Of a stretch of 49,126 nucleotides of DNA, positions 37,402 through 45,986 are shown in pieces. The position numbers were made by a program, and so were the translations under genes. The stretch is from assembly GCA_015064545.1 (NCBI GenBank), contig SVSA01000003.1, positions 1-49,126 on the forward strand, in the 5' to 3' direction. The notes beneath the pieces are model-generated. The model saw only the letters and a program-made list of their open reading frames with translations. It was not told the DNA's origin and ran no database searches. Numbering within the stretch: position 1 is the stretch's first letter; each line of letters begins with the position of its first letter. This stretch comes from Oscillospiraceae bacterium (lineage in GTDB: Bacteria > Bacillota > Clostridia > Oscillospirales > CAG-272).

Positions 37402-37430
37402 TTGATTTCGCGATCAAATTCAGCTATAAT
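37402..37430 (+). promoter_or_regulatory. Sigma-A promoter of the NifU-like/GGGtGRT pair
   Basis: TTGATT 37402-37407, 17 bp, TATAAT 37425-37430. Confidence 0.6.
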
Positions 37431-37466
37431 AATAAAGAACAATAAAAAACTCAAAGGAGATATCAA

Positions 37467-38174
37467 ATGAGCGAATGTCCCTACGCTTTAACTTCCGAAG
37501 TTGAAGAAATGACCTATGTCGCTAAAGGACCGTACCACGGTCCCGCGCCCATTCCCGAAGAGGGCAGATGGGTTCAGGTAAAGGAGATCAAGGATGTCAG
37601 CGGTTTCACCCACGGCATCGGTTGGTGTGCTCCTCAGCAGGGCTGCTGCAAGCTGACCCTCAATGTTAAGAACGGCATTATCGAGGAAGCTCTGGTAGAA
37701 ACCCTCGGCTGTTCGGGTATGACCCATTCGGCTGCGATGGCTTCCGAAATTCTGATCGGTAAAACGCTTTTGGAGGCGCTGAATACCGACCTTGTTTGCG
37801 ATGCGATCAATACCGCCATGCGCGAGCTCTTCCTGCAGATCGTTTACGGCCGCAGCCAGTCTGCCTTCTCGGAGGACGGTCTTGCTGTCGGTGCCTCTCT
37901 GGAAGACCTCGGTAAGGGGCTTCGCAGTCAGGTTGGTACGATGTTTGCCACCAAGGTCAAGGGACCTCGTTATCTGGAAATGGCCGAAGGCTATGTTACC
38001 CGCGCAGCACTCGACGAAGATGACCAGATCATAGGCTATGAGTTCATCAATCTCGGTAAGATGATGGACTTCATCAAGAAGGGCGACGATGCGAATACCG
38101 CGATGGAAAAGGCCAAGGGTCACTACGGCCGTTTCGATGGCGCTGTCAAGTATATCGATCCCCGTCACGAATAA
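37467..38174 (+). CDS. NifU/IscU-like Cys-containing protein (GGGtGRT-associated)
   Basis: HGIGWCAPQQGCCKLTLNVK, GCSGMTHSAAMA, NTDLVCDA. RBS AAGGAG. Confidence 0.82.
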   Translation: MSECPYALTSEVEEMTYVAKGPYHGPAPIPEEGRWVQVKEIKDVSGFTHGIGWCAPQQGCCKLTLNVKNGIIEEALVETLGCSGMTHSAAMASEILIGKTLLEALNTDLVCDAINTAMRELFLQIVYGRSQSAFSEDGLAVGASLEDLGKGLRSQVGTMFATKVKGPRYLEMAEGYVTRAALDEDDQIIGYEFINLGKMMDFIKKGDDANTAMEKAKGHYGRFDGAVKYIDPRHE

Positions 38175-38189
38175 GAGGAGGACAGAAGA

Positions 38190-39188
38190 ATGGCTTTGTT
38201 TGAAGGTTACGAAAGAAAAATCGACAAGATCAACGGTGTCCTTGCTCAGTACGGCCTGAACTCGGTCGAAGAGTGCCGTGAGCTTTGCGTGGCGAAGGGC
38301 TTTGATCCCTACGAAATCGTGAAGAGTCTGCAGCCCATTTGCTTCGAGGACGTTGCTTGGGCTTATTGCGTTGGCGCTGCCATCGCCATGAAGAAGGGTG
38401 CCACCAAGGCAGCCGATGCCGCTGAGGCAATCGGTATCGGTCTGCAGGCCTTCTGTATCCCCGGCTCGGTTGCCGAGGATCGTAAGGTCGGTCTCGGCCA
38501 CGGTAATCTCGGTGCAATGCTGCTCCGCGATGAAACCAAGTGCTTTGCGTTCCTGGCCGGTCACGAATCCTTTGCCGCTGCCGAAGGCGCAATCGGTATT
38601 GCCCGTTCGGCCAACAAGGCACGTAAGGAGCCCCTGCGTGTTATTCTGAACGGTCTCGGTAAGGATGCCGCCCAGATCATTTCGCGTATCAACGGCTTTA
38701 CCTATGTAAAGACGCAGTTTGATTATTATACCGGTGAGCTGAAGATCGTTGAGCGCATCCCGTATTCGAACGGTGAGCGCGCTGCCGTTAACTGCTACGG
38801 CTGTGACGATGTCCGTGAGGGCGTTGCCGTTATGCGCTATGAGGGTGTTGACGTTTCCATCACCGGTAACTCGACTAACCCCACTCGCTTCCAGCATCCT
38901 GTTGCCGGCACCTACAAGAAGGAGTGCATGGAGCAGGGCAAGAAGTATTTCTCGGTGGCCTCGGGCGGCGGTACCGGCCGTACCCTCCATCCCGACAACA
39001 TGGCAGCCGGCCCCGCTTCTTACGGTATGACCGATACGATGGGCCGTATGCACGGTGACGCACAGTTTGCCGGCTCTTCCTCGGTTCCCGCTCACGTTGA
39101 GATGATGGGATTCCTTGGCGCAGGTAACAACCCGATGGTCGGTATGACCGTTTCGGTTGCGGTTGCAGTGGAAGAGGCAAGTAAGTAA
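38190..39188 (+). CDS. GGGtGRT protein (conserved, unknown function)
   Basis: Literal SGGGTGRTLHPDNM motif; GHESFAAAEG. Confidence 0.9.
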   Translation: MALFEGYERKIDKINGVLAQYGLNSVEECRELCVAKGFDPYEIVKSLQPICFEDVAWAYCVGAAIAMKKGATKAADAAEAIGIGLQAFCIPGSVAEDRKVGLGHGNLGAMLLRDETKCFAFLAGHESFAAAEGAIGIARSANKARKEPLRVILNGLGKDAAQIISRINGFTYVKTQFDYYTGELKIVERIPYSNGERAAVNCYGCDDVREGVAVMRYEGVDVSITGNSTNPTRFQHPVAGTYKKECMEQGKKYFSVASGGGTGRTLHPDNMAAGPASYGMTDTMGRMHGDAQFAGSSSVPAHVEMMGFLGAGNNPMVGMTVSVAVAVEEASK

Positions 39189-39528
39189 TTTTGATCAAAA
39201 GAAAACGGACGCACGATTGATATGCACCCACACCCGTGTCACCGAGCACACCTTTGACAATGGCGTAGTTACCCAAACCCCCACACTTGACACCGCAGGA
39301 GAAAAAACGTATACTTGCACGGTTTGTGGTACTACCAAGGTCGTGGAGCTGGAATACTACGTCCCCGAAATCTCTACCGAAACGGAGGCAACCGTATCGG
39401 AGTCCGATTCCTCCTCTCCCGCCGAGACGCAGGGCGACGGACTCTCGATCGTTTCGATTCTGATCGGTGTTGCCGTCGGTGCGGTGATAACCGCCGGAAT
39501 ATTCCTTGTGGCAAAAAAGAAGAGATAA
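39189..39528 (+). pseudogene. C-terminal remnant of a surface protein (Cys/His repeat, linker, TM, KKKR)
   Basis: HTFDNGVVTQTPT...GEKTYTCTVCG repeat and ETQGD-TM-KKKR. No RBS, credible start or signal peptide; the frame begins at the GGGtGRT stop. Confidence 0.6.
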
Positions 39529-39530
39529 CG

Positions 39531-39566
39531 AAAAACGGCTCACCGACTGTTCGGTGAGCCGTTTTT
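39531..39566 (+). terminator. Terminator with A- and T-tracts (bidirectional type)
   Basis: aaaaacggctcaccga-ctgt-tcggtgagccgttttt. Confidence 0.88.
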
Positions 39567-39610
39567 GGGTGTATAGCTTCTCTCAAAAGTAAAATGCGAG
39601 GAAGTTCCTC

Positions 39611-39639
39611 TTTACAGTATTCACGTGATGTGATATAAT
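39611..39639 (+). promoter_or_regulatory. Extended -10 sigma-A promoter
   Basis: TTTACA, 17 bp, TATAAT with a TG extension. Confidence 0.65.
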
Positions 39640-39663
39640 GGAAACAAATCGGAGGAAACGATT

Positions 39664-40131
39664 ATGGTATTGTATATGAAACAAGCGGTTTTTACCTTTG
39701 GTGATCGTTTTGCGATCTACGATGAAGCGGGAAATGACTGCTTTTATGTTGAAGGGGAGTTTTTTTCCTGGGGGAAGAAGCTTCATCTGTATGATCGAAA
39801 CGGCGCAGAGCTTGCCTATGTGGAGGAGAAGCTCTTTCGCTTCCGTCGTTGCTATGAGATATATCGCGGAAACGCATTTTGCACTGAGGTGATTCGCGAA
39901 TTCTCCTTCTTGTCTCTGCGCTATTCGGTGCCAAGCTATGGATGGCAGGTGGAGGGGGACTTTTTGGCACATGACTATGCGATTGTCTCGGAAACTGAAG
40001 CCATTGCCACGATTTCTAAGGAATGGTTCACGCTGGGGGATGCCTATCGGATTGAGATTGGCAGAGCGGATCCGATTACCGTATTGGCAATCGTTCTGAT
40101 TCTGGATGCCTGTACCGAAAAGAATCATTAA
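39664..40131 (+). CDS. LURP-one-related/tubby C-terminal-like (YxjI-like) protein
   Basis: LYMKQAVFTFGDRFAIYDE, VEGDFLAHDY, ISKEWFTLGDAY. Confidence 0.8.
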   Translation: MVLYMKQAVFTFGDRFAIYDEAGNDCFYVEGEFFSWGKKLHLYDRNGAELAYVEEKLFRFRRCYEIYRGNAFCTEVIREFSFLSLRYSVPSYGWQVEGDFLAHDYAIVSETEAIATISKEWFTLGDAYRIEIGRADPITVLAIVLILDACTEKNH

Positions 40132-40140
40132 GGAGTTTTT

Positions 40141-40926
40141 ATGAAGCGAACCGCGATCACTGTCGATCTTACTCAATATCCGACGGCCTATCACCGTCTG
40201 TTGTGCGATGCTTCTCTTTATGATAGCAGTTGCTCCCCCGAGGCACGCGTGATTTATGTGGAGAAGGATGAGGGATATTATTTAAAAACAGCACCGAAGG
40301 GAAGCTTACGGCAAGAAGCGGAGTTGACGGCCTGGTTTTTCCAAAAGGGGCTGGCGGCCGAGGTACTGGACTACCGTTCGGAAGTCTGCGATTGGCTGTT
40401 GACAACCCGTGTTCCCGGTGAAGATGCCACCGATGCTTGCTATCTGGCCGAGCCTCGGCGGCTGGCGGTCACGATGGCAACGCTTCTTCGAACGCTTCAC
40501 GAGGTTGAGGTCGACGGTTGCCCCGTTCCCGATCGTATGGCAGAGTATTGTCGGACGGTTGAGGCGAATTATCATGCCGGTGCTGGAGATATTTCGCTGT
40601 TTTCCGGATGCTGGGGGGTTACGACCTTGGAGGAGGCCTGGGCCATCTATGAAAAGGGCAAAGAAACATTTCGACGTGAGGTCTTGCTTCACGGAGACTA
40701 TTGCCTTCCCAATATTATTCTGGACAACTGGCGCTTTCGCGGTTTTATTGATTTGGGAAACGGCGGTGTGGGGGATCGCCATGTGGATATTTTTTGGGGG
40801 CTTTGGACGCTGCAGTTTAATTTGCATACCGACCGATACCGTAACGATTTTCTGGATGCTTACGGACGCGATCGCGTGGAAGAGGACAAGCTTACGCTGA
40901 TAGCTGCCGCCGAGGTGTTTGGCTGA
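40141..40926 (+). CDS. Aminoglycoside 3'-phosphotransferase-family kinase
   Basis: YYLK, Brenner motif HGDYCLPN, FIDLG..GVGDRHVD, FLDAYG. Confidence 0.85.
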   Translation: MKRTAITVDLTQYPTAYHRLLCDASLYDSSCSPEARVIYVEKDEGYYLKTAPKGSLRQEAELTAWFFQKGLAAEVLDYRSEVCDWLLTTRVPGEDATDACYLAEPRRLAVTMATLLRTLHEVEVDGCPVPDRMAEYCRTVEANYHAGAGDISLFSGCWGVTTLEEAWAIYEKGKETFRREVLLHGDYCLPNIILDNWRFRGFIDLGNGGVGDRHVDIFWGLWTLQFNLHTDRYRNDFLDAYGRDRVEEDKLTLIAAAEVFG

Positions 40927-40942
40927 GTATATGAAAACAGAA

Positions 40943-40980
40943 CGCCGACGATCCGATTACTCGGATGGTCGGCGCTTTCT
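40943..40980. terminator. Hairpin between convergent genes
   Basis: cgccgacgatccga-ttac-tcggatggtcggcg. Confidence 0.65.
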
Positions 40981-40981
40981 G

Positions 40982-42253
40982 TTATTGGAACTGAACGAGG
41001 AACAGGTAAACCAGCGATTCCTCAAACCAGTAGTACTGATAGCTAAAGGGAATTCGCGTTTCGCTATACCATTCGTTGACGATGGTTTGGATATGGGAGG
41101 ACATAGCCGAGAAATCCTCGGCAGAGGCAAAACGAATACTGAAGGTAGCCTCCTTTTGTGAGGAATTTTCGGTTAAGAGACGCTTGAGAATTGTTTGGGC
41201 CTCGGCAAGTGTTGTGGCGTAGGCACCGTTTTTGATATGGTAATTCTCTGTGGTGGCGGTACGGTCGGGCAGGGGGGCGAGCAGCGTACATTCCTTCCAG
41301 AGTGTGTAGCTTTCGCGGTGCATCGCCTCGGTTACATTCAGGTGAGAATAAGCGTTTGGCAGAGGATTGCCGGCGGAATCGGTCGTGATATCGTGGGTGA
41401 TGTCGACATCGTAGTAAGCATCGCCGAGCTTAACGATATTCCAGCTATGGGCAATATCGCCGGTTGTGCTGTTGGCAAAAACCGAAAAACAGGGAATATC
41501 AAGCTTACGGAGCAGATAAACAAAGGTACGTGAAAAGCCCTCGCAACGGGCAACGCCGTTAATCAGTACGCCGTAAGGGTTGTGAGCTTCCTCTGCCTCA
41601 TAGCGATAGGTGCAGGAGGAGACAATGTGATGGAACAGATAACGCTCGGCTTCGTAGGGCGAAAGGGAATGAACCGTTGTGATCAGTGTCTCGATTTCGG
41701 CGTCAAGCACGGCCTTTTTGGTTTGAAATTCCTCTTTCGTCATGCAATAAGGCGGATAAAAGCCTTTCACCGTGGTATTGGTAGCGTCCGACCACAGGAA
41801 GGTATAGGTGCCTTCCTCGGTGGCAAAGTAAAAGAGCTCCGGACAGTCATGCTCAATATATACGACGATCGATTGCAGCTCCTCGGGCGTCAGCGGCTCG
41901 GGGAGGGCGATATAGTCCTCAAAATTGAGAACACCTTGATAAACGGCTAAAAAGGAGGACAACAGCTTGCCGGAGAGACGGCTGATATAGTAATGCTGAT
42001 CAAGATTGGGGATCAGCGCTTGCAGCGTAGCCTTGAGCGATTCTTCGGTAGGCTCGGTTTCGGGCGGCTCGGTTTCGGGGGCCTCGGTCGTGGACGGCGC
42101 GGATGTCACGGCTTCGGTGGTTTCCGCACTCGTATTGCTGTCGGTTGTGAGTAAATCATCCGGTAACGACGGCAACAAAGAGCAGGAAGTCAGAAGAATG
42201 GCAAGCAGGAGCGGCAGCAGAGCGGTGCGTGCCGTGGAAAGAAACGGTTTCAT
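40982..42253 (-). CDS. Transglutaminase-like domain lipoprotein
   Basis: Lipobox LTSC, Thr/Glu/Pro linker, DCPELFY, triad motifs ARCEGFS / HSWN / YYDVD. Confidence 0.85.
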   Translation of the reverse strand: MKPFLSTARTALLPLLLAILLTSCSLLPSLPDDLLTTDSNTSAETTEAVTSAPSTTEAPETEPPETEPTEESLKATLQALIPNLDQHYYISRLSGKLLSSFLAVYQGVLNFEDYIALPEPLTPEELQSIVVYIEHDCPELFYFATEEGTYTFLWSDATNTTVKGFYPPYCMTKEEFQTKKAVLDAEIETLITTVHSLSPYEAERYLFHHIVSSCTYRYEAEEAHNPYGVLINGVARCEGFSRTFVYLLRKLDIPCFSVFANSTTGDIAHSWNIVKLGDAYYDVDITHDITTDSAGNPLPNAYSHLNVTEAMHRESYTLWKECTLLAPLPDRTATTENYHIKNGAYATTLAEAQTILKRLLTENSSQKEATFSIRFASAEDFSAMSSHIQTIVNEWYSETRIPFSYQYYWFEESLVYLFLVQFQ

Positions 42254-42460
42254 AGCGATCTCCTCAAATAAGATACTATCATGATACCGCTTTTTTCGTG
42301 CTTTGTCAAGTGGGGGGATGATGTCCGTTTGGCAGCGGGGTAGGATACCGCGGTATGTACGAAAGAAGATGCTTACAGGAAGGATCTAAAACAGAAAACG
42401 ATAAAAAGACTCTTTTTTGCGATATTTTTCGTATGTTTTTGTGTTTTTTAGCGTTAAACA

Positions 42461-42489
42461 TTGCATTATTGTCGTGTTTATGATAAAAT
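42461..42489 (+). promoter_or_regulatory. Extended -10 promoter of the HTH-PAPS reductase-ParB operon
   Basis: TTGCAT, 17 bp, TAAAAT with a TG extension. Confidence 0.55.
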
Positions 42490-42580
42490 AGAACATATCG
42501 GTCGGTGCGATCACAGGTATAGAATGGGTGAAACTCGTGTCTTTGGGTATACTGTGAAAACAGAACGGAGGGATGAATCC

Positions 42581-42808
42581 ATGTCTATCAGCTATAAAAA
42601 ACTGTTTATTCTGTTGATCGAACGCGATATGACCAAGCAGGAATTACGAAAAAAAGCCGGCTTTTCGGCAGGAACGATGACAAAGCTGAACCGCGGAGAG
42701 CCGGTGACGGTGGAGGTGTTGCTTCGCATTTGCGAGGTACTCTCTTGTGATATCGGGGATATTTGCTCGGCGCAGCCGAAGTCCGCTGACGAGGAGGCGC
42801 CGCATTGA
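42581..42808 (+). CDS. Small Cro/C1-type (XRE) HTH regulator
   Basis: ISYKKLFILLIERDMTKQELRKKAGFSAGTMTKL...ICEVLSCDIGDI. RBS GGAGG. Confidence 0.85.
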   Translation: MSISYKKLFILLIERDMTKQELRKKAGFSAGTMTKLNRGEPVTVEVLLRICEVLSCDIGDICSAQPKSADEEAPH

Positions 42809-42815
42809 GGCATTC

Positions 42816-44132
42816 ATGATTAAACAGTATATTGATAAAAATGTATATGAGGCGCTTCAGGAGCGGTTACACTTTCTGTTTGAGGAGTTTGATAATATTT
42901 TTGTCTCTTTTTCAGGCGGAAAGGATAGCGGCCTGCTACTGAATCTGACGCTGGATTTCCAAAAGCGCTATTATCCCACGAAACGGATCGGTGTCTATCA
43001 TCAGGATTTTGAGGCGCAATACCGCATGACCACCGAATACGTTACCAGGACCTTTGAACGAATCAAGGACGAGGTTGAGCCGTACTGGGTTTGTCTTCCG
43101 ATGGCGACACGAACGGCTGTCAGTAACTACGAGATGTACTGGTATCCTTGGGACGACACCAAAAAGGAAGCATGGGTTCGTCCGCTGCCCCGCTATCCGT
43201 ATGTGATTACGCTGGAAAACAACCCAATCACCACCTATCAATACCGCATGCATCAGGAGGATTTGGCCAAGCAGTTCGGACGCTGGTATCGGCAGAGCCA
43301 CGGCAATGGAAGGACGGTTTGCCTTCTCGGAATGCGTGCCGAGGAATCGTTACGGCGGTATAACGGCATTGTGCATAAAAAATACGGCTACGGCGGTATG
43401 CCGTGGATCAGCCGGCAGTTTCATGAGGTGTATACCGCCTCTCCCTTATATGACTGGACCGTGAGCGATGTATGGCATGCTAACGCCGTTTTCGGATATG
43501 ACTATAATCGGCTGTATGACCTGTACTTTAAAGCCGGATTACGGCCGGAGCAAATGCGCGTGGCCTCCCCCTTCAACGATTATGCCAAGGAAAGCCTGAA
43601 CCTTTACCGTGTGCTGGATCCCGAGATGTGGGCCAAGCTGGTCGGCCGTGTGCGGGGGGCCAATTTTGCCTCTCTCTATGCCGGAACCAAAGCGCTCGGC
43701 TATCGGAAGCTGACCTTGCCCGAAGGGCATACCTGGAAATCCTACACGAAGTTCTTGCTCGACACGCTGCCGACGCGTTTGCGCAGTCAATACATCAAGA
43801 AATTCCGTACGTCGATGGATTTCTGGCATCGCACGGGCGGCGGCTTGGAGGAGAGTGCCATTGAGGAGCTCCTTGCTCACGGGTATCGTATTCAACGAAA
43901 CGGCGTGTCAAACTATACCGTGATGAAGCTTTCGCGCGTGATTTTTCTGGATCGGATTCCCGATCATACCGACGATATCAAATCAACGAAGGATATTCCG
44001 AGCTGGAAGCGGATGTGCTATTGCATTCTGAAAAACGATCACACCTGTCGCTTTATGGGTTTTAGCCTGACACGAGAACAGCAACGGGCGGTGGATGCGC
44101 TGAGAGAAAAATATCGAAAGGTGGGGGAATAG
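42816..44132 (+). CDS. PAPS-reductase-family / DUF3440 protein (IbrA/YbdN-like)
   Basis: PP-loop SFSGGKDS, GMRAEESLRR, PLYDWTVSDVW, MRVASPF, PSWKRMCYCILKND. Confidence 0.88.
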   Translation: MIKQYIDKNVYEALQERLHFLFEEFDNIFVSFSGGKDSGLLLNLTLDFQKRYYPTKRIGVYHQDFEAQYRMTTEYVTRTFERIKDEVEPYWVCLPMATRTAVSNYEMYWYPWDDTKKEAWVRPLPRYPYVITLENNPITTYQYRMHQEDLAKQFGRWYRQSHGNGRTVCLLGMRAEESLRRYNGIVHKKYGYGGMPWISRQFHEVYTASPLYDWTVSDVWHANAVFGYDYNRLYDLYFKAGLRPEQMRVASPFNDYAKESLNLYRVLDPEMWAKLVGRVRGANFASLYAGTKALGYRKLTLPEGHTWKSYTKFLLDTLPTRLRSQYIKKFRTSMDFWHRTGGGLEESAIEELLAHGYRIQRNGVSNYTVMKLSRVIFLDRIPDHTDDIKSTKDIPSWKRMCYCILKNDHTCRFMGFSLTREQQRAVDALREKYRKVGE

Positions 44133-44729
44133 ATGGCTTTTAAAAGTCCCGTTTACGCCGTGAGGGCGGTTCCGATCGAAAAGATCGTTCCCAATACATA
44201 TAATCCCAATAGCGTGGCGCCGCCCGAGCTGAGACTGCTGTACGACAGCATTAAGTCGGACGGGTATACCATGCCGATTGTTTGTTATTACGATGCCGAC
44301 AGGGATGAATACATCATTGTCGACGGCTTCCATCGCTATCGTATTATGCTGGATTACCCGGACATCTACGAGAGGGAAGGGGGCAAGCTGCCGGTTTCGG
44401 TGATCGATAAGCCGTTAGCCAATCGCATGGCCAGCACCATTCGTCATAACCGCGCCCGCGGTTCACACGATGTGGATTTGATGAGCAATATCGTCAAGGA
44501 GCTTCATGAGCTTGGACGGAGCGATGCCTGGATCTCCAAGCATTTGGGAATGGATCGTGATGAGATTCTTCGTCTCAAGCAGATTACCGGCTTGATGTCG
44601 CTGTTTCAGGATGTCGACTTCGGTTCATCGTGGGTGCCGGTCAGCGAAGAGGATGGTGTCGATGACGAGGACCTTTCCCGCCTTGACTCGGATGATACAC
44701 TTCACGGAACGACGGTTTGCTTGCCGTAA
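44133..44729 (+). CDS. ParB/Srx-domain protein (IbrB/YbdM-like)
   Basis: PNTYNPNSVAPPE, DGYTMPIV, IVDGFHRY, ASTIRHNRARG. Confidence 0.88.
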   Translation: MAFKSPVYAVRAVPIEKIVPNTYNPNSVAPPELRLLYDSIKSDGYTMPIVCYYDADRDEYIIVDGFHRYRIMLDYPDIYEREGGKLPVSVIDKPLANRMASTIRHNRARGSHDVDLMSNIVKELHELGRSDAWISKHLGMDRDEILRLKQITGLMSLFQDVDFGSSWVPVSEEDGVDDEDLSRLDSDDTLHGTTVCLP

Positions 44730-44751
44730 GAGACGCGTCGATTATCAGAAT

Positions 44752-44787
44752 ACAAAAGATCCCGACAGTGCTGTCGGGATCTTTTGT
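44752..44787. terminator. Bidirectional terminator
   Basis: acaaaagatcccgacag-tg-ctgtcgggatcttttgt. Confidence 0.88.
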
Positions 44788-44815
44788 TATCGGGGTATAC
44801 GGAAAACAGAAAGGA

Positions 44816-45754
44816 TCACGTAGGATCGGTTTCTTGACGAAGGATTTTGGCACAGGCCTCTCGGCAACAGGCCTCATCGATTAAATAGCTTAAGCCATGA
44901 CCGGCCCCCTCCACCAACAGAAGCGAGCTTTTTTCCGGATTGGCACGATGCAGGCGAACGCTGTTATCGGCGGGGACAAAATCATCCTCGGTTCCGTGAA
45001 TCAGCATGACGGGCACTTTGGCGTTTCGAATGGCCTCCTCGGCGGTCAGCTCCTTCAGGTCAAAGCCGGCATAGAGCCGCAGAGCAAAGCGCATCAGATG
45101 CAGAAGAGGAAAGGAAGGGATGTGCATGGTGCCGGCGACACGGCACACAATGTCCCATGGAGAACTGAAGCCACAGTCGGCAATAACGCCGCGTACGGTG
45201 GGAGGCAGCTCAAGCGCGGAGGCCATCACAACGGTGGTGGCTCCCATGGAAATCCCGTCGAGTACAATCGAAATGTTGTTGCCGTAGCGGTGCATCAGCT
45301 CGCGGCACCAGCAAAGGCAGTCGTAGCGCTCTTTCATACCGAACGTGATAAAAGCGCCTTCGCTTTTACCGTGTGCACGCTGATGAACCAAAAGAACGTG
45401 ATAGCCTTCCTGTAAAAAGAATTCTACTGCGCAGTCAAAGTCGTTAAGCGAGGATCGGAAGCCATGCATACAGACAATATAGTTATTCGAGGGCTCATCG
45501 GGATGATAGAGCGCACCGTACAGTGTCAGACCGTCATCGGATGTGGTGGTGATGCTTTCGGATGTTCGCTTGGCGTTGGCATCGCGGCCGCGTTGAATTC
45601 TGGCTAATTGATCGGGATGATCCCGGAGGACGACATTGAGATCGTAAATCGCCTTGCCACGCCCAAAGAAATGCCTGGCAACCAGCCATAGAATCAGAAA
45701 AAACAGAGCAGTAACAGCAGCAAGAACAGATAAGACAAGAAAAACCGGACTCAT
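44816..45754 (-). CDS. Alpha/beta hydrolase with N-terminal TM (YqkD-like)
   Basis: MHGF, RAHGKSEG, nucleophile GISMG, IHGTEDDFVP, GAGHG. ATG 45754 follows AAGGAG. Confidence 0.88.
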   Translation of the reverse strand: MSPVFLVLSVLAAVTALFFLILWLVARHFFGRGKAIYDLNVVLRDHPDQLARIQRGRDANAKRTSESITTTSDDGLTLYGALYHPDEPSNNYIVCMHGFRSSLNDFDCAVEFFLQEGYHVLLVHQRAHGKSEGAFITFGMKERYDCLCWCRELMHRYGNNISIVLDGISMGATTVVMASALELPPTVRGVIADCGFSSPWDIVCRVAGTMHIPSFPLLHLMRFALRLYAGFDLKELTAEEAIRNAKVPVMLIHGTEDDFVPADNSVRLHRANPEKSSLLLVEGAGHGLSYLIDEACCREACAKILRQETDPT

Positions 45755-45861
45755 AACAAGCTCCTTTGCGGGCAAGGATAAACGATTGGTTTTTACCATT
45801 GTAGCACAAAAACGATATCGTTGCAAGGGTTATTCCAAGAGGTTTTCTGTTTTTTAAAAAA

Positions 45862-45895
45862 ATACCTTGTCTTACGTGACAAGGTATGATATAAT
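45862..45895 (+). promoter_or_regulatory. Promoter of the MoxR operon with an overlapping 10-bp inverted repeat
   Basis: TTGTCT 45867-45872, 17 bp, TATAAT 45890-45895. Inverted repeat ataccttgtc-ttacgt-gacaaggtat at 45862-45887. Confidence 0.6.
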
Positions 45896-45986
45896 ATCGG
45901 TAACCATACATGGTTGGAACTTTTTTTCGAAGTAGTCGTCTATGTGTGTAAATAACCGTTGACTTGAGGTCGGGAAGGGATAACCT

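Noticed and set aside
2935-39095. Long antisense ORFs in the track (e.g. 2935..4149, 17497..18651, 28241..29506, 29301..31214, 33904..35595, 37488..39095 on the minus strand; 12934..13926 on the plus strand)
   Set aside because: They mirror well-supported genes on the opposite strand and have no recognisable motifs. They are typical shadow frames produced by codon bias.
44133-44729. ParB as a plasmid or chromosome partition gene
   Set aside because: There is no ParA or parS array. The motifs and the coupling to a DUF3440 protein match the IbrB/YbdM type.
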